Shown here piece by piece: positions 40,101 to 50,157 of a stretch of DNA of 64,000 bases. The DNA is from Tubulanus polymorphus (taxonomy: Eukaryota; Animalia; Nemertea): the NCBI RefSeq assembly GCF_964204645.1, contig NC_134035.1, forward strand, positions 13,238,451 through 13,302,450, given 5' to 3'. The first letter of the stretch is position 1. The number at the start of each line of letters is the position of its first letter. A program made the position numbers and the translations under genes. The notes beneath the pieces are model-generated. The model did no database searches, had not been told where the DNA came from, and saw only the letters and a program-made list of their open reading frames with translations.

Positions 40101-42394
40101 CAATGGCAATTAATCAAAAAATTTTAGTTAAACTTTCTCGTGAAACTGGCCCCAGGAGATAATATAAAGCTGATTATCTCCAGGGCCTGCAGTTGCTCCA
40201 ACCGGTGGATAGTTGACGTGGTGACAATTAAAGTACACTGTTACTCTCGGTATTTATTCACCGCTTATCGTTAACCATCTTTTGAGCAACCGACCGCAGG
40301 AGAGAACTGAATAACAGGATGCGTGTTAAAATATTCCATCCCCTCTGGACAAATCAGTCTCAAGTCGAACAAATCTCGTCCAAACAGATCTCTAATCCAA
40401 CCAGGAGATATTAAGCTGATTATCTCCAGGATAGAACTGATAAGAGCAGGATGTGTCGAAATATTCCATTCCCTGTAGATATAATATCAATCTCAATGAA
40501 TTGTATCATCAGAAACAAAGAAAGCTTCCAAACTCGAGAAATAAACTGACACTTCACAGTAAGAGACGATGATCTCTTAGAGACCAACCTCAAATATTTG
40601 GCTCGAGCCTCATTGGAGTCGGTCCAATCATCGTCCTGATCGGCGCGACGAGAAGAACGAGGATGATAAGAATGATTTGGACAGCAAGACTTCCGATGAC
40701 AAGACGACATATTTCGAAAACGTTCTTATTTCTTCAAGTGCGAGATAGAAAGTGAAGACGACACTGCACCAGGAGCAGCTGCCCGTGCAGGAGCAGCTGC
40801 CTATGCACGTTTGATGGTGCAATATATTACTTGGTAACTTATTTTTGACCGACACAATTTTTTGAATTTGTACAATATCTCAATTATACTATCAACTCAA
40901 TATCAAACAACATCGTAACAGATTAAAACTGAAATCACATTCGAGAGGCGCATTTGAAGGAGGCACAGTATATTTGGGGGGGGGGGGGTAATTTGTCACA
41001 CACAAAAATAAATAGCTATGAATATTAGAATGTTAATTAGTAATGAGCAAAACAGATGTTACTGATAAGAGACACATGTGTGGCTAATATTCAATAATTA
41101 ACAGCTGTTTATAACATAACAACTGTTTATAGAACATTCCACGGGTGACTAATCAACATTTCTTATTCATATATAACAACCACTCGAGAAGACTCTCTCT
41201 ATCTCTCAACACATGTCACACACATCATCTATCAGACACAGACTTTCAATATTACAAATCCACCTGGAGCCACCCACTTGAGACGGATGCACTAAATAGA
41301 TTTGAATATTACTGGAGCCATCCACTTGAGAAAGGGGAAAACGTCAATGATCTACACATTAAACATTGATCTTAGAAATAACTATTTTCGAGTCGTCCAA
41401 ATGAGAAAACATCCATAGTTCAGCGCTTAAATAATTCTAGATTTTAAAGTTCCACTTTAATAATAATAATTAATATATGGCTTATACAGCGCTAAATCCA
41501 GCCAGGCTGCTCAGAGCGCTTTACATTTTTCGGTATTATTACCCCGGCCAATTTTCTACTCTAACATGTATCAGTCATCTCTCTTTGGGGAGAAGTAACA
41601 CCGAGCTGCTAACAAACGCTCAGGAGTCATCTATCAGGCCAGGTACCCATTTACTCCTGGGTGGAGTGAGGCAATGAGGATAAGTGTCTTGTCCGAGGAC
41701 ACTACAGCAATGTACGGGGTTCGAACCCGCGACCTGGCTTCCCAGAACCGAACGCTCTAACCACTAGGCCACAACACTCCACAGAGTTCTGGGTTCAGTT
41801 CCACACACAGATGTTGAGCCAGTTCTAATATATCTAAAATCAGTTCAATCATTAATACTGTATCCAGTAACTGATAAATAACATACCTCTGTATATAACC
41901 TCCTGACAGCCCGACGAGACCTTGTAAACGACCCTGAATTGCGTTGAGTACATTCGGATCTCTCATGAACCTGCCGGCTAAATCGTTAGCAGTAATGGCG
42001 CCGTCTCCAGCTGAAACTATGATTTCACCAGATTCAACATCTTTCGTAGAATCGTCCGCTGTCTTCGCGTCGGTCTCCGCTCTGAGTAAATAAACATAAA
42101 TTCCTCAATTAAATACTCCGAAATCATGGGCGAAATCATGGGCGGACCCCGGAGCAATATAAGAGTTCATAGTGGTCTTATAAACTAAAACAGACTGGGA
42201 CTTTGAGGGACGCAAGGGCTCTCCCTCCCATCCGCTCAAACTTTTTTGCAAGAATCAAAATTTATCTATCGATCAGTCAGTCAGACAACAATGTCTTTCC
42301 TTACACTACACAGGACCTACCAGTACAAATGGTACGCCTAAATCTAAATAAAAATCAGCAAAATTTAAAATACTTACTTGTTTTGATCTGCCAT
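34143..42394 (-). CDS. NAP1L1: Nucleosome assembly protein 1-like (409 aa, 12 coding exons)
   Basis: Coding exons 42394-42378, 42081-41887, 39957-39816, 39572-39480, 38448-38361, 38240-38098, 37396-37257, 37027-36882, 36196-36042, 35818-35798, 35494-35447, 34184-34143. Motifs SLPKPVKRRVKALK, GIPYFWLT, IDWKKGKNVT, DSFFNFF, ADFEIGHFIRERIVPRAVLYFTGE, acidic tail, C-terminal CKNQ. A non-coding exon 1 donor lies at 42620/42619. Confidence 0.96.
36272..36872. repeat. 73-bp minisatellite, about 8 copies, in a NAP1 intron
   Basis: Unit CTGCAGATTGAGGGGGTAGGGTCCAGACTGCTGATGCTCTGATCTAAGGGTACAGACTGAGTCCGGTAAGCTG, e.g. at 36421 and 36494. Confidence 0.95.
37626..37977. mobile_element. PIF/Harbinger-type MITE with TTA TSD
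   Basis: TTA|AGCCTAGCGCACATCGACACTGCGATTGGAGACAACTAGTTGC...GCAACTAGTTGCCTCCAATCGCAGTGTCGATGTGCGCTAGGCT|TTA; 43-bp TIR with one mismatch. Confidence 0.9.
38530..39440. repeat. 106-bp tandem repeat with trimeric higher-order structure
   Basis: Unit CAAGAGGTTCCTCGTGTCACTCATCACC...GAGGGCTGTTTGTTAT (39001, 39107 etc.). A solitary degenerate copy lies at ~35143-35225. Confidence 0.93.
40021..40155. mobile_element. Harbinger-like MITE (CAG|GGCCCAGTTTCACGA TIR)
   Basis: cagggcccagtttcacgaaaaag...ctttctcgtgaaactggccccag. Relics at ~16040-16095, ~21460-21530 and ~49209-49273. Confidence 0.7.
41457..41780 (-). mobile_element. tRNA-derived SINE with CORE-like central domain and L2-like tail
   Basis: Minus strand: A-box TGGCCTAGTGG, B-box GGTTCGAACC, core GTGTCCTCGGACAAGACACTT...CTCCACCCAGGAGTAAATGGGTACC, tail GTAAAGCGCTCTGAG...TAGCGCTGTATAAG followed by (TTA)n. 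Confidence 0.85.
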
Positions 42395-42619
42395 TTTTCA
42401 CCAGTGATTCTAAAAACAAAGATCAAAATGTTTTATCAATTTGCACGGGAGAGGCAGCTGCAGCAGGCTGTGGCAAGCGAATAATGCGTAGAGAAAGCTG
42501 AATTTCTCATCTATTCGGCAACCGCAAACATCGATCAGATATTCTCCGAATACGGAGATGGATATAGAACCGGATTAACATGATTTAAACCGGTTTCAAT
42601 AAAATCAAACTCGACTTAC

Positions 42620-42790
42620 CGTCAAATTACTGAACTATTAAAATCTCTATACAAAACACATGTGAGACGCAATGGCGGTAAAAGGACTGAGAATTCCGTA
42701 ACGCGATCGGTGATTGGTTCACAGCCGTCATCGACAAATATCTCGACCAATAGCTAGCTAGCTTACATAGTGACGTGTGCGGCCTAAAAT
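42620..42790 (-). promoter_or_regulatory. NAP1 non-coding exon 1 and promoter
   Basis: Donor CG|GTAAGT at 42620/42619; CCAAT boxes in both orientations at ~42713 and ~42747; CRE-like GTGACGT at ~42770. Confidence 0.55.
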
Positions 42791-43259
42791 ACGGTTTAGG
42801 TTCTGTGTAGTAGGATCGAAAAACACGGTTTTGGCAATAGATGATTATTTATTTCTATCGGGCCGGACAGATTTCTTTAGTAGGTGTTCAACGTAAGTTC
42901 CTCGGTCGTTGCATGTGTTTAAAACGACATTCTCTTGGTAAAGATGAATTGGATAGAATTCAACTGCGACAGTTTTAGGAAGAAGTAGAATCAAAACCAG
43001 CGTCCGCTGACTCATAACTCCAAAAGAGGGACCCGTTCTGACCTCAAATCTGGCTCAATCCTATTGATGACATAGCCCTTTCCTGGCCTCATTAAATGAT
43101 CATTTCTCACAAAAAATGTCTAATTTCTTCTTTTCTAAACATACACAACGTGGTGTATGACAACAATTTATTATTTACAAGAAAACTAAATGAAATGAAA
43201 AACATGTAGAAAATAAAGTTCTCTAATTTAATTCAACAAACTGTTAATTAATTATAATT

Positions 43260-46200
43260 CTAAGGTTTAAATGCGTAGTTAAACTGATTTGAAAATCGAT
43301 CATTAACCCGTTTAGAATCAATTGAATCCATAGCTGAATTGACTCTCTTTTGAACGGCCCTGAAAAACAATATACCGGTTACATTAGAAATTGCATTCGA
43401 AATCTAATTGAGAAACAATGTAGACTGATGGCGCCTCTAAGATGATCTTTACTTGGATTTCCAAATTTCAAAATTAAATCCCAATGTTTACAATACTCAG
43501 TATTCGCCAGCGTTTACGAGCAAAATCCACAGTTGATGATTTAACAGTTTATTCTGATAGTTTCGAAGTTTTGACTAAACTCCAGAAACAATTGAGTTAT
43601 AAGTCAAAATTTTGAAACCGTCAGAATACATTGTTAAACTGTCTATTTGCTCATTAGAACAATCAATGTTCAGTTTTCCTTCGATTTTAACTTACTTATT
43701 AAATATTCTCGTTGCCAATCGAGTTCTAGTTGTATTTTGTCGTTTTTTGATATCCGTCAAACCCGAATGATCTTCATGTTTGCCTTTTTTCTTTTTGCCC
43801 TTTTTCTTCGTCGGAAATAGTTTTAAGCCTTTCGCCGCCTCAATGTCTCTCAGTAGTTCGGGGTCCTCCCAAGCCGGTAATTCTTCTCTATCTATAACAA
43901 TAAATAGAGGATTTAATAGCAGTACATAAAATTATACAGTTAACCTCAGACATTGTCAACACGGCCTTTTGACCAACTTGAACAAGGGATCATTCATTTA
44001 TTACGTACGCATAAAATTTGAACTTTTCAACCCCCCTCCCCCTCTGTACGCAAAATCGGCCAATTTTGCATATACATTAAGCATTACAGTACGCAATTGC
44101 ACTGACCCCTCCCCCTCCACTAATGCAGTAAAGTACGTAATAAATGAATGATCCCTTACTCAATTCATTTTCTGATTTCCGGAAATAATTTTCAATCCTC
44201 AACTCAGACCAATTTTGCCAGTCCGAGTAAATTCATTTGATAATATTATTTCATATTCAGTGAAAGTCAGCAGTGGAACATTGTTAATCTAGGTATATTT
44301 TCACCTTTCTGTTTGCCCTTAGTTTTAGTCGGTAGTTGTTTAGGGTCAGCAGGTTTTCCTTGTTCGTCGCGAGGAATTATCTTACCATGAAACGGACACT
44401 GAAACAAATAAAACATCAGATTTACTACATAGCATAAGTTGTTGCTCCATCATTGAGATAAGATTCGACTCAGATTTATCTCAATGAAAATGAACTGATT
44501 TTTAATAACAGATTTAACTCTTACTCATATGTAACTGTGGAACTGGATCCAGGGCTGAAGACATTGAAAATATACTAATTTTGACTCTATAGTTGAGCTA
44601 GGTTCAGTTCCACAGTTCTAAGTTAAGATTTGACTTTTTGGTTTTTAAAACATTTGAAATTAACAAGATGAACTGAGAAGGAGAGAATCCCACAATGATA
44701 ATAAAAAGTCCGAAAATGAAACTTCGAGATAGTAGTTTATTTCAACGTTTCAACTATATCCTAATAGTCATCTTCAGGAATAATTATAAGTAATTAATAA
44801 TCATTAGTATTAGGATATAGTCGAAACGTTGAAATAAACTACTATCTCGAAGTTTCATTTTCGGACTTTTTATTATCATTGTGGGATTCTCTCCTCATCG
44901 CGTCAACACGGATATTGTGTTCTACCTATCGTGATGAACTGAGAACTGTGTAGAGGTTAAGTTACCTTTACTCTGTCCATGCGTTCACATAGTTTACCAT
45001 TTGGCATCGGTGCACGACATTTCCATTTAATCGGTTCAATCGGACAAAAATGCATTTTACGACTGGTCAAAGATTCCATTGTTTGCTGCAATAGAAACAA
45101 ACAAAACCAATCAATCAACAACAGACGGTGATTACGTTGCTAAGACCATAGGTGTGTGAGAGCGCAGTTGTCGCAATGTGACTCTAATCTGAAGACTGAT
45201 CACAAGTTGTTAGATTGGCTATAGAACTAATTAAGAAGGTCTTAGACTGGTCAGTCACGACTGTACAACTGGCACCAAGGCTCACAGCTTTGAATCCTGA
45301 TGGCCTATCCGAGGTGAACTAAGAAGGTCTAGCTTCTCTTGGAGTCAGACGATATTTCACTTACAGGAGAGACAAATTCTTCATTTTCGATCGGGGTCCA
45401 AAAACGATGAAGAGAATCATATCTGAAAATATTCAAGTTGAGAATATGAGTTGATGGATTAATTATAGAACTAGATGGTCATGAATTGCTCCTGAATCTA
45501 AGGCACTGACTGCGTGAATATAGTCAGAGTCTTTTCTTCAATTCCTCGCGCATAAATTATTGTTACACTGACTATATATTATGTAATAACTATTATGTCC
45601 TGTAATAATCTCTGTACCAACTTATTTATGCAAAATAAATAAATCAAATAAATGACTTTTACTGTACATGCATATAAATAGCGAACATGAATTGTTAGAT
45701 CGAATAAAGAACTATGTTGGTCTTAAAACAACTTTGAAACTTTGTCCTTGTAAATGTCTTACTTGATCAGTGACGGAGGAGCAACGTCTTCTCCCCAATA
45801 ATGTAAATCCATATCGAACGGAACGACCGGAGCTATTTTCAGTAACTCGTCTCGACGCGAACTCGTTGCCGGGTCAGTGGTGGAATTCATCGGTGGATCG
45901 CTGCACGAGGTGGATGTGGATGGTTGTGGAGCAACGCGGGAGGAAGATGTGGATGGTTGAGGACTAGTTGTTTTACCGACAGGAGCTGGTGATGTCGCGG
46001 TTTTAGTTGAGCTTGTAGAAGGACTGCAAATGAAATTCAATTTTTAAAGTGAATATTAACAAGTTGAAGATTTGATTGTGAGCGTAAAATAAATCAATGA
46101 AATCCTATAGTTAAATTCCTGTATTCATTTACAAGATTATGATGCATTCCACCAGATTCAGTCAGTGAAATCGAACTTTAGCTAATGTACTACAGAAACA

Positions 46201-49200
46201 TTTACGGGTCTTGTATCTTAACTTTAGAGTTTAAAGTCATCGGAAGAAATTGGTTGGTTGTTTTTTGCGTTATGCCATTTGGATCTTGGTTTCCCAAGAC
46301 TAATAACCCTCTTGGATTATTCATTTAACCTCACGACGGAACCACAGCCTTTGAAGTGTTACCCGCGCACGGTAAGCAGCCAGCAGGACTCGAACCCACT
46401 TATCACTCAGCACTGATAATGGACGCAACAGCATCACGCCTTATCTCACTGAACTACTGAAGCCGCTTGTGAAATGAACAAATCTCTCTGATTTTAACTC
46501 TAGAGTGCGCTAGCTGCGTAGGTGACTGTATCCGACGCTCTACTCTAACACTGTAATACCTGTTTGAAGATTTATTCCGATCTAGTATCGCCCGTATGTT
46601 CGGCACGGCGCTCGTCGGATCCTGTAATTCTTCATCGATTCGTTTCGAATTATTATTGATCGTCCATTCCGACGACGATTTACCGTTCGATGATTCAGTC
46701 ACCAGGGGGCGTTTTACTCGTTCAGCTCCTAACAACGACAAGATTCGAACGTTAATCTAAAACTGATTTCTCTTAAGCTAACGATAAAGCTATGAATACT
46801 GATAATCTCACCGGAACCGGTTTGATGCGGAGTTAAAACAATTTTTCCAGTTATTTTCTCGATTTTCTTTTGATTAATCTCGAATTTATACTTCAAATCA
46901 ATAATCTCCTTGACGACGGTCTGAGAAGCTCCGATTTTAGACAATCTCTGAAAAATGAACGATCGATAATTTTACAAACTAACGTTAATTCACAGAAACA
47001 AGTTACAACGACGAAACCTTAGAGATTGAAATCCGGCGCCAAACTGTGTCTAGTGATACCGTGAAACTCATACTTAAGTCATCAGAGTTTAGGCAACTTA
47101 TCCTAATGATGACTTATACTTAGTAAATACGAATCGGGATTCAACAATAGAGCGAGTACGAGTTACCCCTAGATCAACCCTAAACTAACCTCCAACCATT
47201 TAGAACAAACTGTAACGTAACGCGCCGATATTTTAAAGAAATCTTTCAGATTATCGATCAGCACTTTATTATCGTTCGTTTCGGCAATCTGTCGCGATAC
47301 GTGAATATCTAACGAGTATCGCCACGAGCCGAGTCCATGAGTGCGTAAATACTCCGAGTCTGACCGACTTATCTCGCTAGCGCCATCTACTGACAGATCG
47401 GGAACCGATTCTAGATCGCTATGATCCGAGTCGCTGTCTTCGTCGTCGTCGGCAATCCGAGGAACTCCAATTCGCGATTCCGGGTGATCGATATCGAACG
47501 GTTTTTTAAAACCATCATTGTCACCGTTGGTTACAGTCGTCGTCTGTTGCGCGGCGGGGAATTCCTCTCCCTCTCCGGGAAGTAAAAGATTATCCAAGCT
47601 TAATTTACACCGAGATGACGATGTTGCCGCGGCGACCCATGAATTCACGTCCTGATGTTTGTTCGATTCAGGAATATTTCGCGTTATCGATTCGGCGTTT
47701 TTCGAATTATTCTCGTCGTCGTCGGTTACTGACGTTGTTTGTTGCTGCGTCGTCGGGCGTAGGATTTTGTCCCAATCGATTTGAAAATCGGGATCCGGTG
47801 AAATGAGTTCGATGCAGCCATCCGTCTGCTTTAGACAATCCAACATATCGGTCTTCTGTTCTACAAAACACAATCAATAATCTCCAACTACAATATGAAA
47901 CACATCTCAGTTATGTATTGGACAATATTGACTTAAGTCAAGAATTGGTCTCAAATTTTTAAAGACTTGTCTTAAGTTGTTAGATTGGTTATAGAACCAA
48001 AATGAGCTTAGATTGGTCTTAAGTTATTAGATTGGTTATAGAACCAAAATGAGCTTAGATTGGTCTTAAGTTATTAGATTGGTTATAGAAGCAAAATGAG
48101 CTCAAGACTGGTCTTAAGTTGTTAGATTGGTTATACAACCAAAATGAGCTTAGACTGGTCTTAAGTTGTTAGATTGGTTATAGAACCAAAATGAACTTAA
48201 GACTGGTCTTTTTAAGTTGTTAGATTGGTTATACAACCAAAATGAGCTTAGATTGATCTTAAGTTGTTAGATTGGTTATAGAACCAAAATGAACTTAAGA
48301 CTGGTCTTTTTAAGTTGTTAGATTGGTTATAGAACCGAAATGAGCTTAGACTGGTCTTAAGTTATTAGATTGGTTATAGAAGCAAAATGAGCTTAGACTG
48401 GTCTTTTTAAGTGGTTAGATTGCTTATAGAAGCAAAATGAGCTTAGATTGGTGTTACTCTGTGAGGCATATAGATAGACTATGAGATACATCGATACTCT
48501 TCTGCAATATGTACGAATCTTTTTTTATATCAAACAATAGATATCAAAGAAAATCATAATCTATAGAATTTTACAAATCAGAGCACCGTAATTACTTAGT
48601 AATAGATAGAAACAAACGAACCTTGAATTTCATTTTCAATTTTTTCTAACAGTAAAGTTTGAACTCTTAGACGTTTTATCTGATCGGCCTCTTCTCGAAT
48701 CCGTTCTGCGTTCGTTCGGACTCGAATCGCTTCGAACTCAACCTGAAAATCAAAACATAACATTCAAGTTGAACTCATTATTCACACCGGGTTTTAGAGG
48801 GACGGCCACAACCCTTTTATTATCATATCCATCCCTCTGAAAATCAGCCACCACTTATAAGATATCTGCAGCTCCTGTTAGAGATATTTGGGGGATTGAA
48901 AGCCTTGATAATTCAGCAGCCACAATGTCATACACTTAACAATAAATGCAGCACCTATAAATCCCAATATACGGAACACTGGAACTATGTAGAATTGTTA
49001 CTCACCTTTTTACAGTTGCGTAGATAATTATATCCTAGTTTTAATCGTTTATAAGTCGAGCCAAACGTATCTTGCCATTTTTGTATTGCTTGAATGGCTT
49101 TCTGTTTGAGAGATCGTGCGACTGGTTTTGGAGGAGGCAGCGGATTGTCATTGTTTATTTCTATAGAATTCAAAAATGATGATCAAACCATTGATCAATT

Positions 49201-49885
49201 GAAAGTTACAGGACCCAGTTTCACGAAAAAGTTCAAGCCTTAAACGGTTAACTTTGAAGTGAAACTAGGTCCAGTTGATATGCACTTTACTGGAACAAGA
49301 TTCTATTCTAGAACTAGATTCAGTCCTAATGATTGATTACCTGCCGTTAATTCTAAGAATTCATTGAAATCTGTGAGTAATAATTCTCTAAAACAATGAG
49401 ATCGTTCGAACAATTCGCTGATCATCTGAAACGCTGACAGTCGAATTTCACTATGATCTTTCTGTAATTCGGTCAGACACAGATAGTAAGCATGTTTTAC
49501 GTAGACATCTCCTTTCCTAAAAATAGATAATAAAACATTAGTAGTGAACAGAGGCCGCAGAGTGACCTCGATATGAGGGGGGAGGGGGGGGGGCTACGGT
49601 GGGCTACTGGAAGGGCATCTGGGATCACAAGCGCACTAAAATGATGAATGGGAAAACTGTCTCATTCATTGACTGATAAATACATTTGCAATCGAGTGTC
49701 AATAAATCTTTTTTGAATTTTTGAATTGAATTGAATATCAAATCACTTTCTTCTTACCTGCAAATTCTCTTGAAACTTTTCATCAGACCTTCGTCGAGTT
49801 TCATTTGTCCAGAATGCGTCAGCTCCTCGACATATTTAGCCATTTCCTGACACAGTCCATGATCCAGAGCTTCACTACTAGTCAT
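43260..49885 (-). CDS. UVSSA: UV-stimulated scaffold protein A (about 794 aa, 13 exons)
   Basis: Exons 49885-49758, 49516-49341, 49160-49006, 48742-48622, 47860-47190, 46947-46812, 46728-46560, 46023-45763, 45422-45365, 45085-44966, 44398-44305, 43891-43696, 43359-43260. Motifs VEELTHSG, HSEIRLSAFQ, PLPPP, LGYNYL, HGLGSWRYSL, DPTSA, APVVPFDMDLHYWG, HRFW, zinc finger CRAP..LCERMDRVKCPFHG, FSNQFNYA. Confidence 0.95.
43986..44155. mobile_element. Harbinger/Tourist-like MITE
   Basis: 23-bp perfect TIR GGGATCATTCATTTATTACGTAC...GTACGTAATAAATGAATGATCCC. Confidence 0.85.
44680..44932. mobile_element. Penelope-like retroelement fragment with inverted structure and 13-bp TSD
   Basis: 87-bp inverted arms at 44680-44766 and 44808-44894 (one mismatch), flanked by the direct repeat GATGAACTGAGAA at 44667-44679 and 44933-44945. 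Contains a hammerhead core. Confidence 0.75.
44737..44784 (-). ncRNA. Minimal type I hammerhead ribozyme motif
   Basis: Minus strand reads TTATTC-CTGAAGA-T-GACTA TTAGGATA TAGTT-GAAA-CGTT-GAAATAA: CUGANGA/GAAA core, stem II and a palindromic AACGTT helix III. Confidence 0.65.
46300..46467 (-). mobile_element. Degenerate tRNA-derived SINE
   Basis: Minus-strand A-box-like TAGTTCAGTGAG and B-box GGTTCGAGTCC. A similar B-box relic lies at ~2785-2850. Confidence 0.5.
47940..48452. repeat. ~46-50-bp minisatellite, about 10 copies, in UVSSA intron 4
   Basis: Unit GACTGGTCTTAAGTTGTTAGATTGGTTATAGAACCAAAATGAGCTTA. The same motif occurs inside elements at ~45165-45275 and ~57270-57490. Confidence 0.9.
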
Positions 49886-50157
49886 ATTTCTACCAATAAA
49901 ATAATATTCTTAATTCTTTATTTCCGGGTTTGGTTTTCCCGTAAACCTACTTCCGGGTTTCCCAATCAATTCAATTTGAAATTTATTGCTTCAATATGAA
50001 ATTGCCTTTGAAAAGTAATACTAGTAAAACAGAGCAGTAATGAACCATACTCGAGTAAAATATCCAGAAATATTTCCAGTTCTCAAACAAAAGAAATCAT
50101 AGAAATTGAAGCGTTCTAACGAGGGAATCCCTGGACGGCAGGTCATGTGATCACAAA
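49886..50157. promoter_or_regulatory. Bidirectional promoter shared by UVSSA and LCMT2
   Basis: Only 272 bp separate the divergent ATGs. Contains a repeated TTCCGGGTTT (ETS-like) at ~49922 and ~49951 and a CCAAT at ~49962. Confidence 0.75.

Noticed and set aside
46729-46758. Alternative UVSSA acceptor at 46757
   Set aside because: It gives an immediate in-frame TAA, whereas the 46728 acceptor keeps the frame.
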